Positions 41,570-55,721 of a stretch of 64,000 bases of DNA are shown in pieces (positions within the stretch are counted from its first letter, which is position 1; every line of letters begins with the position of its first letter). The position numbers and the translations under genes were made by a program. The stretch is taken from positions 245,954,001-246,018,000 of the forward strand of contig OZ024741.1 of the NCBI GenBank assembly GCA_964016885.1. Reading direction: 5' to 3'. The notes below the pieces were generated by a model that was given only the letters and a program-made list of their open reading frames with translations, was not told where the DNA came from and did not search any database. This DNA is from Eledone cirrhosa (taxonomy: Eukaryota).

Positions 41570-44500
41570 TTGGACGGCTGGAAATTATCTCCCCTTGGAC
41601 GGCTAGAAATTATCTCTCCTTGGACGGCTGAAAATTATCTCCCCTTGGACGGCTGCAAATTATCTCCACTTGATTTTTTTTACAAATTATCTCCCCCTGA
41701 TTTTTTTTACAAATTATCTCCCCCTGATTTTTTTTACAAATTATCTACCCCTGATTTTTTTTACAAATTATCTCCCCCTGATTTTTTTTTACAAATTATC
41801 TCCCCCTGATTTTTTTTTACAAATTATCTCCCCCTGATTTTTCTTTTACAAATTATCTCCCCCTGATTTTTTTACATAGTATCTCCCCCTGATTTTTTTT
41901 ACAATCTCCGCCTGATTTTTTTAAAAATTATCTTCCCTTGGCTGGCGGGAAATTATCTCCCCTTGGACGGCTGGAAATTATCTCCCCTTGGAAGGATGGA
42001 AATTATCTCCCCTTGGACGGCTGGAAATTATCTCCCCTTGCACGGCTGGAAATTATCTCCCCTTGGACGGATAGATATTACCTCCCCTTGGACGGCTGGA
42101 AATTATCTCCCCTTGATTTTTTTACAAATTATCTCCCCCTGATTTATTTTACAAATCTCCCAATGATTTTTAAAAAAAAATTATCTCCCCTTCGCTGGCT
42201 GGAAATTATCTCCCCTTGGACGCTGGAAATTATAGCCCCTTGGAGGGCTGGAAATTATCTTCCCTTGGACGGCTGGAAATTATCTCCCCTTGATTTTTTT
42301 TACAAATTATCTCCCCCTGATTTTTTTTACAAATTATCTCCCCCTGATTTTTTTTACAAATTATCTACCCCTGATTTTTTTTACAAATTATCTCCCCCTG
42401 ATTTTTTTTTACAAATTATCTCCCCCTGATTTTTTTTTACAAATTATCTCCCCCTGATTTTTTTACAAATTATCTCCCCCTGATTTTTTTTTACAATCTC
42501 CGCCTGATTTTTTTAAAAATTATCTTCCCTTGGCTGGCTGGAAATTATCTCCCCTTGGACACTGGAAATTATAGCCCCTTGGAGGGCTGGAAATTATCTT
42601 CCCTTGGACGGCTGGAAATTATCTCCCCTTGATTTTTTTTACAAATTAACTCCGCCTGATTTTTTTTTACAAATTATCTCCCCCTGATTTTTTTTTACAA
42701 ATTATCTACCCCTGATTTTTTTTTACAAATTATCTCCCCCTGATTTTTTTTACAAATTATCTCCCCCTGATTTTTCTTTTACAAATTATCTCCCCCTGAT
42801 TTTTTTACAAATTATCTCCCCCTGATTTTTTTTACAAATTATCTCCGCCTGATTTTTTTAAATATTATCTTCCCTTGGCTGGCGGGAAATTATCTCCCCT
42901 TGGACGGCTGGAAATTATCTGCCCTTGATTTTCTTTTTACAAATTATCTTCCACTGATTTTTTTTACAAATTATCTCCACCTGATTTTTTAAAAAATTAT
43001 CTCCCCTTGGAAGGCTGGAAATTATCTCCCCTTGGACGGCTGGAAATTATCTCCCCTTGGACGGCTAGAAATTATCTCTCCTTGGACGGCTGAAAATTAT
43101 CTCCCCTTGGACGGCTGCAAATTATCTCCCCTTGATTTTTTTTACAAATTATCTCCCCCTGATTTTTTTTTACAAATTATCTCCCCCTGATTTTTTTTTA
43201 CAAATTATCTCCCCCTGATTTTTTTTTACAAATTATCTCCCCCTGATTTTTTTTTACAAATTATCTCCCCCTGATTTTTTTTTACAAATTATCTCCCCCT
43301 GATTTTTTTTTACAAATTATCTCCGCCTGATTTTTTTTAAAAATTACCTCCCCTTGGACGGCTGGAAATTATCTCCCCTTGGACGGCTGGAAATTATCTC
43401 CCCTTGGACGGCTAGAAATTATCTCTCCTTGGACGGCTGAAAATTATCTCCCCTTGGACGGCTGCAAATTATCTCCACTTGATTTTTTTTACAAATTATC
43501 TCCCCCTGATTTTTTTTACAAATTATCTCCCCCTGATTTTTTTTACAAATTATCTACCCCTGATTTTTTTTACAAATTATCTCCCCCTGATTTTTTTTTA
43601 CAAATTATCTCCCCCTGATTTTTTTTTACAAATTATCTCCCCCTGATTTTTCTTTTACAAATTATCTCCCCCTGATTTTTTTACAAAGTATCTCCCCCTG
43701 ATTTTTTTTACAATCTCCGCCTGATTTTTTTAAAAATTATCTTCCCTTGGCTGGCGGGAAATTATCTCCCCTTGGACGGCTGGAAATTATCTCCCCTTGG
43801 AAGGATGGAAATTATCTCCCCTTGGACGGCTGGAAATTATCTCCCCTTGCACGGCTGGAAATTATCTCCCCTTGGACGGATAGATATTACCTCCCCTTGG
43901 ACGGCTGGAAATTATCTCCCCTTGATTTTTTTACAAATTATCTCCCCCTGATTTATTTTACAAATCTCCCAATGATTTTTAAAAAAAAATTATCTCCCCT
44001 TCGCTGGCTGGAAATTATCTCCCCTTGGACGCTGGAAATTATAGCCCCTTGGAGGGCTGGAAATTATCTTCCCTTGGACGGCTGGAAATTATCTCCCCTT
44101 GATTTTTTTTACAAATTATCTCCCCCTGATTTTTTTTACAAATTATCTCCCCCTGATTTTTTTTACAAATTATCTACCCCTGATTTTTTTTACAAATTAT
44201 CTCCCCCTGATTTTTTTTTACAAATTATCTCCCCCTGATTTTTTTTTACAAATTATCTCCCCCTGATTTTTTTACAAATTATCTCCCCCTGATTTTTTTT
44301 TACAATCTCCGCCTGATTTTTTTAAAAATTATCTTCCCTTGGCTGGCTGGAAATTATCTCCCCTTGGACACTGGAAATTATAGCCCCTTGGAGGGCTGGA
44401 AATTATCTTCCCTTGGACGGCTGGAAATTATCTCCCCTTGCACGGCTGGAAATTATCTCCCCTTGGCTGGAAATTATCTCCCCTTGGACGGCTAGAAATT

Positions 44501-47500
44501 ATCTCTCTTTGGACGGCTGGAAATTATCTCCCTTTGATTTTTTTTACAAATTATCTCCCTCTGATTTTTTTTACAAATCTCCCCCTGATTTTTTTAAAAA
44601 AATTATCTCCCCTTCGCTGGCTGGAAATTATCTTCCCTTGGACGGCTGGAAATTATCTCCCCTTGATTTTTTTTACAAATTATCTCCGCCTGATTTTTTT
44701 TTTAAATTATCTCTCCTTGGACGGCTGGAAATTATCTCCCCTTGATTTTTTTTACAAATAATCTCCCCCTGATTTTTTTTTATAAATTATCTCCCCCTGA
44801 TTTTTTTTTACAAATTATCTACCCCTGATTTTTTTTTACAAATTATCTCCCCCTGATTTTTTTTACAAATTATCTCCCCCTGATTTTTCTTTTACAAATT
44901 ATCTCCCCCTGATTTTTTTACAAATTATCTCCCCCTGATTTTTTTTACAAATTGTCTCCGCCTGATTTTTTTAAATATTATCTTCCCTTGGCTGGCGGGA
45001 AATTACCTCCCCTTGGACGGCTGGAAATTATCTGCCCTTGATTTTCTTTTTACAAATTATCTTCCACTGATTTTTTTTACAAATTATCTCCACCTGATTT
45101 TTTAAAAAATTATCTCCCCTTGGAAGGCTGGAAATTATCTCCCCTTGGACGGCTAGAAATTATCTCTCTTTGGACGGCTGGAAATTATCACCCCTTGAGT
45201 TTTTTACAAATTATCTCCCCCTGATTTTTTTTACAAATCTCCCAGTGATTTTTAAAAAAAAATTATCTCCCCTTCGCTGGCTGGAAATTATCTCCCCTTG
45301 GACGCTGGAAATTATAGCCCCTTGGAGGGCTGGAAATTATCTTCCCTTGGACGGCTGGAAATTATCTCCCCTTGGACGGCTGGAAATTATATCTCCTTGG
45401 ACGGCTAGAATTTACCTCTCCTTGGACGGCTGAAAATTATCTCCCCTTGGACGGCTGGAAATTATCTCCCCTTGATTTTTTTTACAAATTATCTCCCCCT
45501 GATTTTTTTTTACAAATTATCTCCCCCTGATTTTTTTTTACAAATTATCTCCCCCTGATTTTTTTTTACAAATTATCTCCCCCTGATTTTTTTACAAATT
45601 ATCTCCCCTTGGCTGGCTGGAAATTATCTCCCCTTGGAGGCTGGAACTTATCTCCACTTGGACGGCTAGAAATTACCTCTCCTTGGACGGCTGGAAAATA
45701 TGTCTCCTTGGACGGCTGGATATTATCTCCCCTTGGACGGCTGGAAATTATCTCCCCTTGGACGGCTGGAAATTATCTCCCCTTGGATGGCTAGATATTA
45801 CCTCCCCTTGGACGGCTGGAAATTATCTCCCCTTGATTTTTTTTACAAATTATCTCCCCCTGATTTTTTTTTACAAATTATCTCCCCCTGATTTTTTTTT
45901 ACAAATTATCTCCCCCTGATTTTTGTTTACAAATTATCTCCGCCTGATTTTTTTTTTTAAATTATCTCCCCTTGGACGGCTGGAAATTATCTCCCCTTGG
46001 ACGGCTAGAAATTACCTCTCCTTGGACGGCTGAAAATTATCTCCCCTTGGACGGCTGGAAATTATCTCCCCTTGATTTTTTTACAAATTATCTCCCCCTG
46101 ATTTTTTTTTTACAAATTATCTCCCCCTGATTTTTTTTTACAAATTATCTACCCCTGATTTTTTTTTACAAATTATCTCCCCCTGATTTTTTTTTACAAA
46201 TTATCTACCCCTGATTTTTTTTACAAATTATCTCCCCCTGATTTTTTTTACAAATTATCTCCCCCTGATTTTTTTTTTACAAATTATCTCCCCCTGATTT
46301 TTTTACAAATTATCTCCCCCTGATTTTTTTTACAAATTATCTCCGCCGGATTTTTTTAAATATTATCTTCCCTTGGCTTGCGGGAAATTATCTCCCCTTG
46401 GACGGCTGAAAATTATCTCCCCTTGGACGGCTGGAAATTATCTCCCCTTGCACGGCTGGAAATTATCTCCCCTTGGACGGCTAGAAATTATCTCTCTTTG
46501 GACGGCTGGAAATTATCTCCCTTTGATTTTTTTTACAAATTATCTCCCTCTGATTTTTTTTACGAATCTCCCCCTGATTTTTTTAAAAAAATTATCTCCC
46601 CTTCGCTGGCTGGAAATTATCTCCCCTTGGACACTGGAAATTATAGCCCCTTGGAGGGCTGGAAATTATCTTCCCTTGGACGGCTGGAAATTATCTCCCC
46701 CTGATTTTTTTTACAAATTATCTCCGCCTTATTTTTTTAAAAAGTTATCTCTCCTTGGACGGCTGGAAATTATCTCCCCTTGATTTTTTTTACAAATAAT
46801 CTCCCCCTGATTTTTTTTTACAAATTATCTCCCCCTGATTTTTTTTTACAAATTATCTACCCCTGATTTTCTTTTACAAATTATCTCCCCCTGATTTTTG
46901 TTACAAATTATCTCCCCCTGATTTTTCTTTTACAAATTATCTCCCCCTGATTTTTTTTACAAATTATCTCCGCCTGATTTTTTTAAATATTATCTTCCCT
47001 TGGCTGGCGGGAAATTATCTCCCCTTGGATGGCTGGAAATTATCTGCCCTTGATTTTCTTTTTACAAATTATCTTCCACTGATTTTTTTTACAAATTATC
47101 TCCACCTGATTTTTTTAAAAATTATCTCCCCTTGGAAGGCTGGAAATTATCTCCCCTTGGCTGGAAATTATCTCCCCTTGGACGGCTAGAAATTATCTCT
47201 CTTTGTACGGCTGGAAATTATCACCCCTTGAGTTTTTTACAAATTATCTACCCCTGATTTTTTTTACAAATCTCCCAGTGTTTTTTAAAAAAAATTATCT
47301 CCCCTTCGCTGGCTGGAAATTATCTCCCCTTGGACGCTGGAAATTATAGCCCCTTGGAGGGCTGGAAATTATCTTCCCTTGGACGGCTGGAAATTATCTC
47401 CCCTTGATTTTTTTTACAAATTATCTCCCCCTGATTTTTTTTTACAAATTATCTCCCCCTGATTTTTTTTTACAACTTATCTGCGCCTGATTTTTTTAAA

Positions 47501-50500
47501 AAAATTATCTTCCCTTGGACGGCTGGAAATTATCTCCCCTTGGACGGCTGGAAATTATCTCTCCTTGGACGGCTAGAATTTACCTCTCCTTGGACGGCTG
47601 AAAATTATCTCCCCTTGGACGGCTGGAAATTATCTCCCCTTGATTTTTTTTACAAATTATCTCCCCCTGATTTTTTTTTACAAATTATCTGCCCCTGATT
47701 TTTTTTTACAAATTATCTCCCCCTGATTTTTTTTTTAAAATTATCTCCCCCTGATTTTTTTTACAAATTATCTCCCCCTGATTTTTTTACAAATTATCTC
47801 CCCTTGGCCGGCTGGAAATTATCTCCCCTTGGAGGCTGGAACTTATGTCCCCTTGGACGGCTAGAAATGACCTCTCCTTGGACGGCTGGAAAATATGTCT
47901 CCTTGGACGGCTGGATATTATCTCCCCTTGGACGGCTGGAAATTATCTCCCCTTGGACGGCTGGAAATTATCTCCCCTTGGATGGCTAGATATTACCTCC
48001 CCTTGGACGGCTGGAAATTATCTCCCCTTGATTTTTTTTACAAATTATCTCCCCCTGATTTTTTTTTACAAATTTTCTCCCCCTGATTTTTGTTTACAAA
48101 TTATCTCCGCCTGATTTTTTTTTAAAAATTATCTCCCCTTGGACGGCTGGAAATTATCTCCCCTTGGACGGCTAGAAATTACCTCTCCTTGGACGGCTGA
48201 AAATTATCTCCCCTTGGACGGCTGGAAATTATCTCCCCTTGATTTTTTTACAAATAATCTCCCCCTGATTTTTTTTTACAAATTATCTCCCCCTGATTTT
48301 TTTTTTACAAATTATCTCCCCCTGATTTTTTTTTACAAATTATCTACCCCTGATTTTTTTTACAAATTATCTCCCCCTGATTTTTTTTACAAATTATCTC
48401 CCCCTGATTTTTTTTTACAAATTATCTCCCCCTGATTTTTTTACAAATTATCTCCCCCTGATTTTTTTTACAAATTATCTCCGCCTGATTTTTTTAAATA
48501 TTATCTTCCCTTGGCTGGCGGGAAATTATCTCCCCTTGGACGGCTGAAAATTATCTCCCCTTGGACGGCTGGAAATTATCTCCCCTTGATTCTTTTTACA
48601 AATTATCTCCCCCTGATTTTTTTTTACAAATTATCTCCCCCTGATTTTTTTACAAATTATCTCCCCCTGATTTTTTTTTACAAATTATCTCCCCTTGATT
48701 TTTTTTACAAATTATTTCCCTCTGATTTTTTTGCAAATTATCTCCCCCTGATTTTTTTTTTACAAATTATCTCCCCCTGATTTTTTTTTACAAATTATCT
48801 CCCCCTGATTTTTTTTTACAAATTATCTCCCCCTGATTTTTTTTACAAATTATCTCCCCCCTGATTTTTTTACAAATTATCTCCCCTTGGCTGGCTGGAA
48901 ATTATCTCCCCTTGGAGGCTGGAACTTATCTCCCCTTGGACGGCTAGAAATTACCTCTCCTTGGACGGCTGGAAAATATGTCTCCTTGGACGGCTGGATA
49001 TTATCTCCCCTTGGACGGCTGGAAATTATCTCCCCTTGGACGGCTGGAAATTATCTCCCATTGGATGGCTAGATATTACCTCCCCTTGGACGGCTGGAAA
49101 TTATCTCCCCTTGATCTTTTTACAAATTATCTCCCCCTGATTTTTTTTTTACAAATTATCTCCCCCTGATTTTTTTTTACAAATTATCTACCCCTGATTT
49201 TTTTTTACAAATTATCTCCCCCTGATTTTTTTTACAAATTATCTCCCCCTGATTTTTTTTTTACAAATTATCTCCCCCTGATTTTTTTACAAATTATCTC
49301 CCACTGATTTTTTTTACAAATTATCTCCGCCTGATTTTTTTAAATATTATCTCTCCTTGGCTGGCGGGAAATTATCTCCCCTTGGACGGCTGGAAATTAT
49401 CTCCCCTTGGAAGGATGGAAATTATCTCCCCTTGGACGGCTGGAAATTATCTCTCCTTGGACGGCTAGAATTTACCTCTCCTTGGACGGCTGAAAATTAT
49501 CTCCCCTTGAACGGCTGGAAATTATCTCCCCTTGATTTTTTTTACAAATTATCTCCCCCTTTTTTTTTTTTACAAATTATCTCCCCCTGATTTTTTTTTA
49601 CAAATTATCTCCCCCTGATTTTTTTTTACAAATTATCTCCCCCTGATTTTTTTTACAAATTATCTCCCCCCTGATTTTTTTACAAATTATCTCCCCTTGG
49701 CTGGTTGGAAATTATCTCCCCTTGGAGGCTGGAACTTATCTCCCCTTGGACGGCTAGAAATTACCTCTCCTTGGACGGCTGGAAAATATGTCTCCTTGGA
49801 CGGCTGGATATTATCTCCCCTTGGACGGCTGGAAATTATCTCCCCTTGGACGGCTGGAAATTATCTCCCCTTGGATGGCTAGATATTACCTCCCCTTGGA
49901 CGGCTGGAAATTATCTCCCCTTGATTTTTTTAACAAATTATCTCCCCCTGATTTTTTTTACAAATTATCTCCCCCTGATTTTTTTTAAAAAATTATCTCC
50001 CCCTGATTTTTGTTTACAAATTATCTCCGCCTGATTTTTTTTAACAAATTATCTCCCCTTGGACGGCTGGAAATTATCTCCCCTTGGACGGCTGGAAATT
50101 ATATCTCCTTGGACGGCTAGAATTTACCTCTCCTTGGACGGCTGAAAATTATCTCCCCTTGGACGGCTGGAAATTATCTCCCCTTGATTTTTTTTACAAA
50201 TTATCTCCCCCTGATTTTTTTTTACAAATTATCTCCCCCTGATTTTTTTTTACAAATTATCTCCCCCTGATTTTTTTTTACAAATTATCTCCCCCTGATT
50301 TTTTTACAAATTATCTCCCCTTGGCTGGCTGGAAATTATCTCCCCTTGGAGGCTGGAACTTATCTCCACTTGGACGGCTAGAAATTACCTCTCCTTGGAC
50401 GGCTGGAAAATATGTCTCCTTGGACGGCTGGATATTATCTCCCCTTGGACGGCTGGAAATTATCTCCCCTTGGACGGCTGGAAATTATCTCCCCTTGGAT

Positions 50501-53500
50501 GGCTAGATATTACCTCCCCTTGGACGGCTGGAAATTATCTCCCCTTGATTTTTTTTACAAATTATCTCCCCCTGATTTTTTTTTACAAATTATCTCCCCC
50601 TGATTTTTTTTTACAAATTATCTCCCCCTGATTTTTGTTTACAAATTATCTCCGCCTGATTTTTTTTTTTAAATTATCTCCCCTTGGACGGCTGGAAATT
50701 ATCTCCCCTTGGACGGCTAGAAATTACCTCTCCTTGGACGGCTGAAAATTATCTCCCCTTGGACGGCTGGAAATTATCTCCCCTTGATTTTTTTACAAAT
50801 TATCTCCCCCTGATTTTTTTTTTACAAATTATCTCCCCCTGATTTTTTTTTACAAATTATCTACCCCTGATTTTTTTTTACAAATTATCTCCCCCTGATT
50901 TTTTTTTACAAATTATCTACCCCTGATTTTTTTTACAAATTATCTCCCCCTGATTTTTTTTACAAATTATCTCCCCCTGATTTTTTTTTTACAAATTATC
51001 TCCCCCTGATTTTTTTACAAATTATCTCCCCCTGATTTTTTTTACAAATTATCTCCGCCGGATTTTTTTAAATATTATCTTCCCTTGGCTTGCGGGAAAT
51101 TATCTCCCCTTGGACGGCTGAAAATTATCTCCCCTTGGACGGCTGGAAATTATCTCCCCTTGATTTTTTTTACAAATTATCTCCCCCTGATTTTTTTTTA
51201 CAAATTATCTCCCCCTGATTTTTTTTACAAATTATCTCCCCCTGATTTTTTTTACAAATTATCTCCCCCTGATTTTTTTTACAAATTATCTCCCCCTGAT
51301 TTTTTTTTACAAATTATCTCCCCCTGATTTTTTTACAAATTATCTCCCCCTGATTTTTTTTACAAATTATCTCCGCCTGATTTTTTAAAATATTATCTTC
51401 CCTTGGCTGGCGGGAAATTATCTCCCCTGGACGGCTGGAAATTATCTGCCCTTGATTTTCTTTTTACAAATTAACTTCCACTGATTTTTTTTACAAATTA
51501 TCTCCACCTGATTTTTTTAAAAATTATCTCCCCTTGGAAGGCTGGAAATTATCTCCCCTTGGCTGGAAATTATCTCCCCTTGGACGGCTAGAAATTATCT
51601 CTCTTTGGACGGCTGGAAATTATCACCCCTTGAGTTTTTTACAAATTATCTCCCCCTGATTTTTTTTACAAATCTCCCAGTGATTTTTAAAAAAAAATTA
51701 TCTTCCCTTCGCTGGCTGGAAATTATCTCCCCTTGGACGCTGGAAATTATAGCCCCTTGGAGGGCTGGAAATTATCTTCCCTTGGACGGCTGGAAATTAC
51801 CTCCCCTTGATTTTTTTTACAAATTATCTCCCCCTGATTTTTTTTTACAAATTATCTCCCCCTGATTTTTTTTTACAACTTATCTGCGCCTGATTTTTTT
51901 AAAAAAATTATCTCCCCTTGGACGGCTGGAAATTATCTCCCTTTGGACGGCTGGAAATTATCTCTCCTTGGACGGCTAGAATTTACCTCTCCTTGGACGG
52001 CTGAAAATTATCTCCCCTTGGACGGCTGGAAATTATCTCCCCTTGATTTTTTTTACAAATTATCTCCCCCTGATTTTTTTTTACAAATTATCTCCCCCTG
52101 ATTTTTTTACAAATTATCTCCCACTGATTTTTTTTACAAATTATCTCCGCCTGATTTTTTTAAATATTATCTCTCCTTGGCTGGCGGGAAATTATCTCCC
52201 CTTGGACGGCTGGAAATTATCTCCCCTTGGAAGGATGGAAATTATCTCCCCTTGGACGGCTGGAAATTATCTACCCCTGATTTTTTTTACAAATTATCTC
52301 CCCCTGATTTTTTTTACAAATTATCTCCCCCTGATTTTTTTTACAAATTATCTACCCCTGATTTTTTTTACAAATTATCTCCCCCTGATTTTTTTTTACA
52401 AATTATCTCCCCCTGATTTTTTTTACAAATTATCTACCCCTGATTTTTTTACAAATTATCTCCCCCTGATTTTTTTTACAATCTCCGCCTGATTTTTTTA
52501 AAAATTGTCTTCCCTTGGCTGGCTGGAAATTATCTCCCCTTGGACACTGGAAATTATCTCCCCTTGGACACTGGAAATTATAGCCCCTTGGAGGGCTGGA
52601 AATTATCTTCCCTTGGACGGCTGGAAATTATCTCCCCTTGATTTTTTTTACAAATTATCTCCGCCTGATTTTTTTTTACAAATTATCTCCCCCTGATTTT
52701 TTTTTACAAATTATCTACCCCTGATTTTTTTTTACAAATTATCTCCCCCTGATTTTTTTTACAAATTATCTCCCCCTGATTTTTCTTTTACAAATTATCT
52801 CCCCCTGATTTTTTTACAAATTATCTCCCCCTGATTTTTTTTACAAATTATCTCCGCCTGATTTTTTTAAATATTATCTTCCCTTGGCTGGCGGGAAATT
52901 ATCTCCCCTTGGACGGCTGGAAATTATCTGCCCTTGATTTTCTTTTTACAAATTATCTTCCACTGATTTTTTTTACAAATTATCTCCACCTGATTTTTTA
53001 AAAAATTATCTCCCCTTGGAAGGCTGGAAATTATCTCCCCTTGGACGGCTGGAAATTATCTCCCCTTGGACGGCTAGAAATTATCTCTCCTTGGACGGCT
53101 GAAAATTATCTCCCCTTGGACGGCTGCAAATTATCTCCCCTTGATTTTTTTTACAAATTATCTCCCCCTGATTTTTTTTACAAATTATCTCCCCCTGATT
53201 TTTTTACAAATTATCTACCCCTGATTTTTTTTACAAATTATCTCCCCCTGATTTTTTTTTACAAATTATCTCCCCCTGATTTTTTTTTACAAATTATCTC
53301 CCCCTGATTTTTTTTTTACAAATTATCTCCCCCTGATTTTTTTACAAATTATCTCCCCCTGATTTTTTTTACAATCTCCGCCTGATTTTTTTAAAAATTA
53401 TCTTCCCTTGGCTGGCGGGAAATTATCTCCCCTTGGACGGCTGGAAATTATCTCCCCTTGGAAGGATGGAAATTATCTCCCCTTGGACGGCTGGAAATTA

Positions 53501-55721
53501 TCTCCCCTTGCACGGCTGGAAATTATCTCCCCTTGGCTGGAAATTATCTCCCCTTGGACGGCTAGAAATTATCTCTCTTTGGACGGCTGGAAATTATCTC
53601 CCTTTGATTTTTTTTACAAATTATCTCCCTCTGATTTTTTTTACAAATCTCCCCCTGATTTTTTTAAAAAAATTATCTCCCCTTCGCTGGCTGGAAATTA
53701 TCTTCCCTTGGACGGCTGGAAATTATCTCCCCTTGATTTTTTTTACAAATTATCTCCGCCTGATTTTTTTTTTAAATTATCTCTCCTTGGACGGCTGGAA
53801 ATTATCTCCCCTTGATTTTTTTTACAAATAATCTCCCCCTGATTTTTTTTTATAAATTATCTCCCCCTGATTTTTTTTTACAAATTATCTACCCCTGATT
53901 TTTTTTTACAAATTATCTCCCCCTGATTTTTTTTACAAATTATCTCCCCCTGATTTTTCCTTTACAAATTATCTCCCCCTGATTTTTTTACAAATTATCT
54001 CCCCCTGATTTTTTTTACAAATTGTCTCCGCCTGATTTTTTTAAATATTATCTTCCCTTGGCTGGCGGGAAATTACCTCCCCTTGGACGGCTGGAAATTA
54101 TCTGCCCTTGATTTTCTTTTTACAAATTATCTTCCACTGATTTTTTTTACAAATTATCTCCACCTGATTTTTTAAAAAATTATCTCCCCTTGGAAGGCTG
54201 GAAATTATCTCCCCTTGGACGGCTAGAAATTATCTCTCTTTGGACGGCTGGAAATTATCACCCCTTGAGTTTTTTACAAATTATCTCCCCCTGATTTTTT
54301 TTACAAATCTCCCAGTGATTTTTTAAAAAAAATTATCTCCCCTTCGCTGGCTGGAAATTATCTCCCCTTGGACGCTGGAAATTATAGCCCCTTGGAGGGC
54401 TGGAAATTATCTTCCCTTGGACGGCTGGAAATTATCTCCCCTTGATTTTTTTTACAAATTATCTCCCCCTGATTTTTTTTTACAAATTATCTCCCCCTGA
54501 TGTTTTTTTACAACTTATCTGCGCCTGATTTTTTTAAAAAAATTATCTCCCCTTGGACGGCTGGAAATTATCTCCCCTTGGACGGCTGGAAATTATCTCT
54601 CCTTGGACGGCTAGAATTTACCTCTCCTTGGACGGCTGAAAATTATCTCCCCTTGAACGGCTGGAAATTATCTCCCCTTGATTTTTTTTACAAATTATCT
54701 CCCCCTTTTTTTTTTTTACAAATTATCTCCCCCTGATTTTTTTTTACAAATTATCTCCCCCTGATTTTTTTTTACAAATTATCTCCCCCTGATTTTTTTT
54801 ACAAATTATCTCCCCCCTGATTTTTTTACAAATTATCTCCCCTTGGCTGGTTGGAAATTATCTCCCCTTGGAGGCTGGAACTTATCTCCCCTTGGACGGC
54901 TAGAAATTACCTCTCCTTGGACGGCTGGAAAATATGTCTCCTTGGACGGCTGGATATTATCTCCCCTTGGACGGCTGGAAATTATCTCCCCTTGGACGGC
55001 TGGAAATTATCTCCCCTTGGATGGCTAGATATTACCTCCCCTTGGACGGCTGGAAATTATCTCCCCTTGATTTTTTTAACAAATTATCTCGCCCTGATTT
55101 TTTTTACAAATTATCTCCCCCTGATTTTTTTAAAAAAATTATCTCCCCCTGATTTTTGTTTACAAATTATCTCCGCCTGATTTTTTTTAACAAATTATCT
55201 CCCCTTGGACGGCTGGAAATTATCTCCCCTTGGACGGCTGGAAATTATATCTCCTTGGACGGCTAGAATTTACCTCTCCTTGGACGGCTGAAAATTATCT
55301 CCCCTTGGACGGCTGGAAATTATCTCCCCTTGATTTTTTTTACAAATTATCTCCCCCTGATTTTTTTTTACAAATTATCTCCCCCTGATTTTTTTTTACA
55401 AATTATCTCCCCCTGATTTTTTTTTACAAATTATCTCCCCCTGATTTTTTTACAAATTATCTCCCCTTGGCTGGCTGGAAATTATCTCCCCTTGGAGGCT
55501 GGAACTTATCTCCACTTGGACGGCTAGAAATTACCTCTCCTTGGACGGCTGGAAAATATGTCTCCTTGGACGGCTGGATATTATCTCCCCTTGGACGGCT
55601 GGAAATTATCTCCCCTTGGACGGCTGGAAATTATCTCCCCTTGGATGGCTAGATATTACCTCCCCTTGGACGGCTGGAAATTATCTCCCCTTGATTTTTT
55701 TTACAAATTATCTCCCCCTGA
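36979..55721. repeat. Recent 18.7-kb tandem duplication, right copy
   Basis: Begins with TTTACAAATTGTCTCCGCC, identical to 18264 (and 35271). Only a few substitutions relative to the left copy were seen by eye. Confidence 0.88.
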
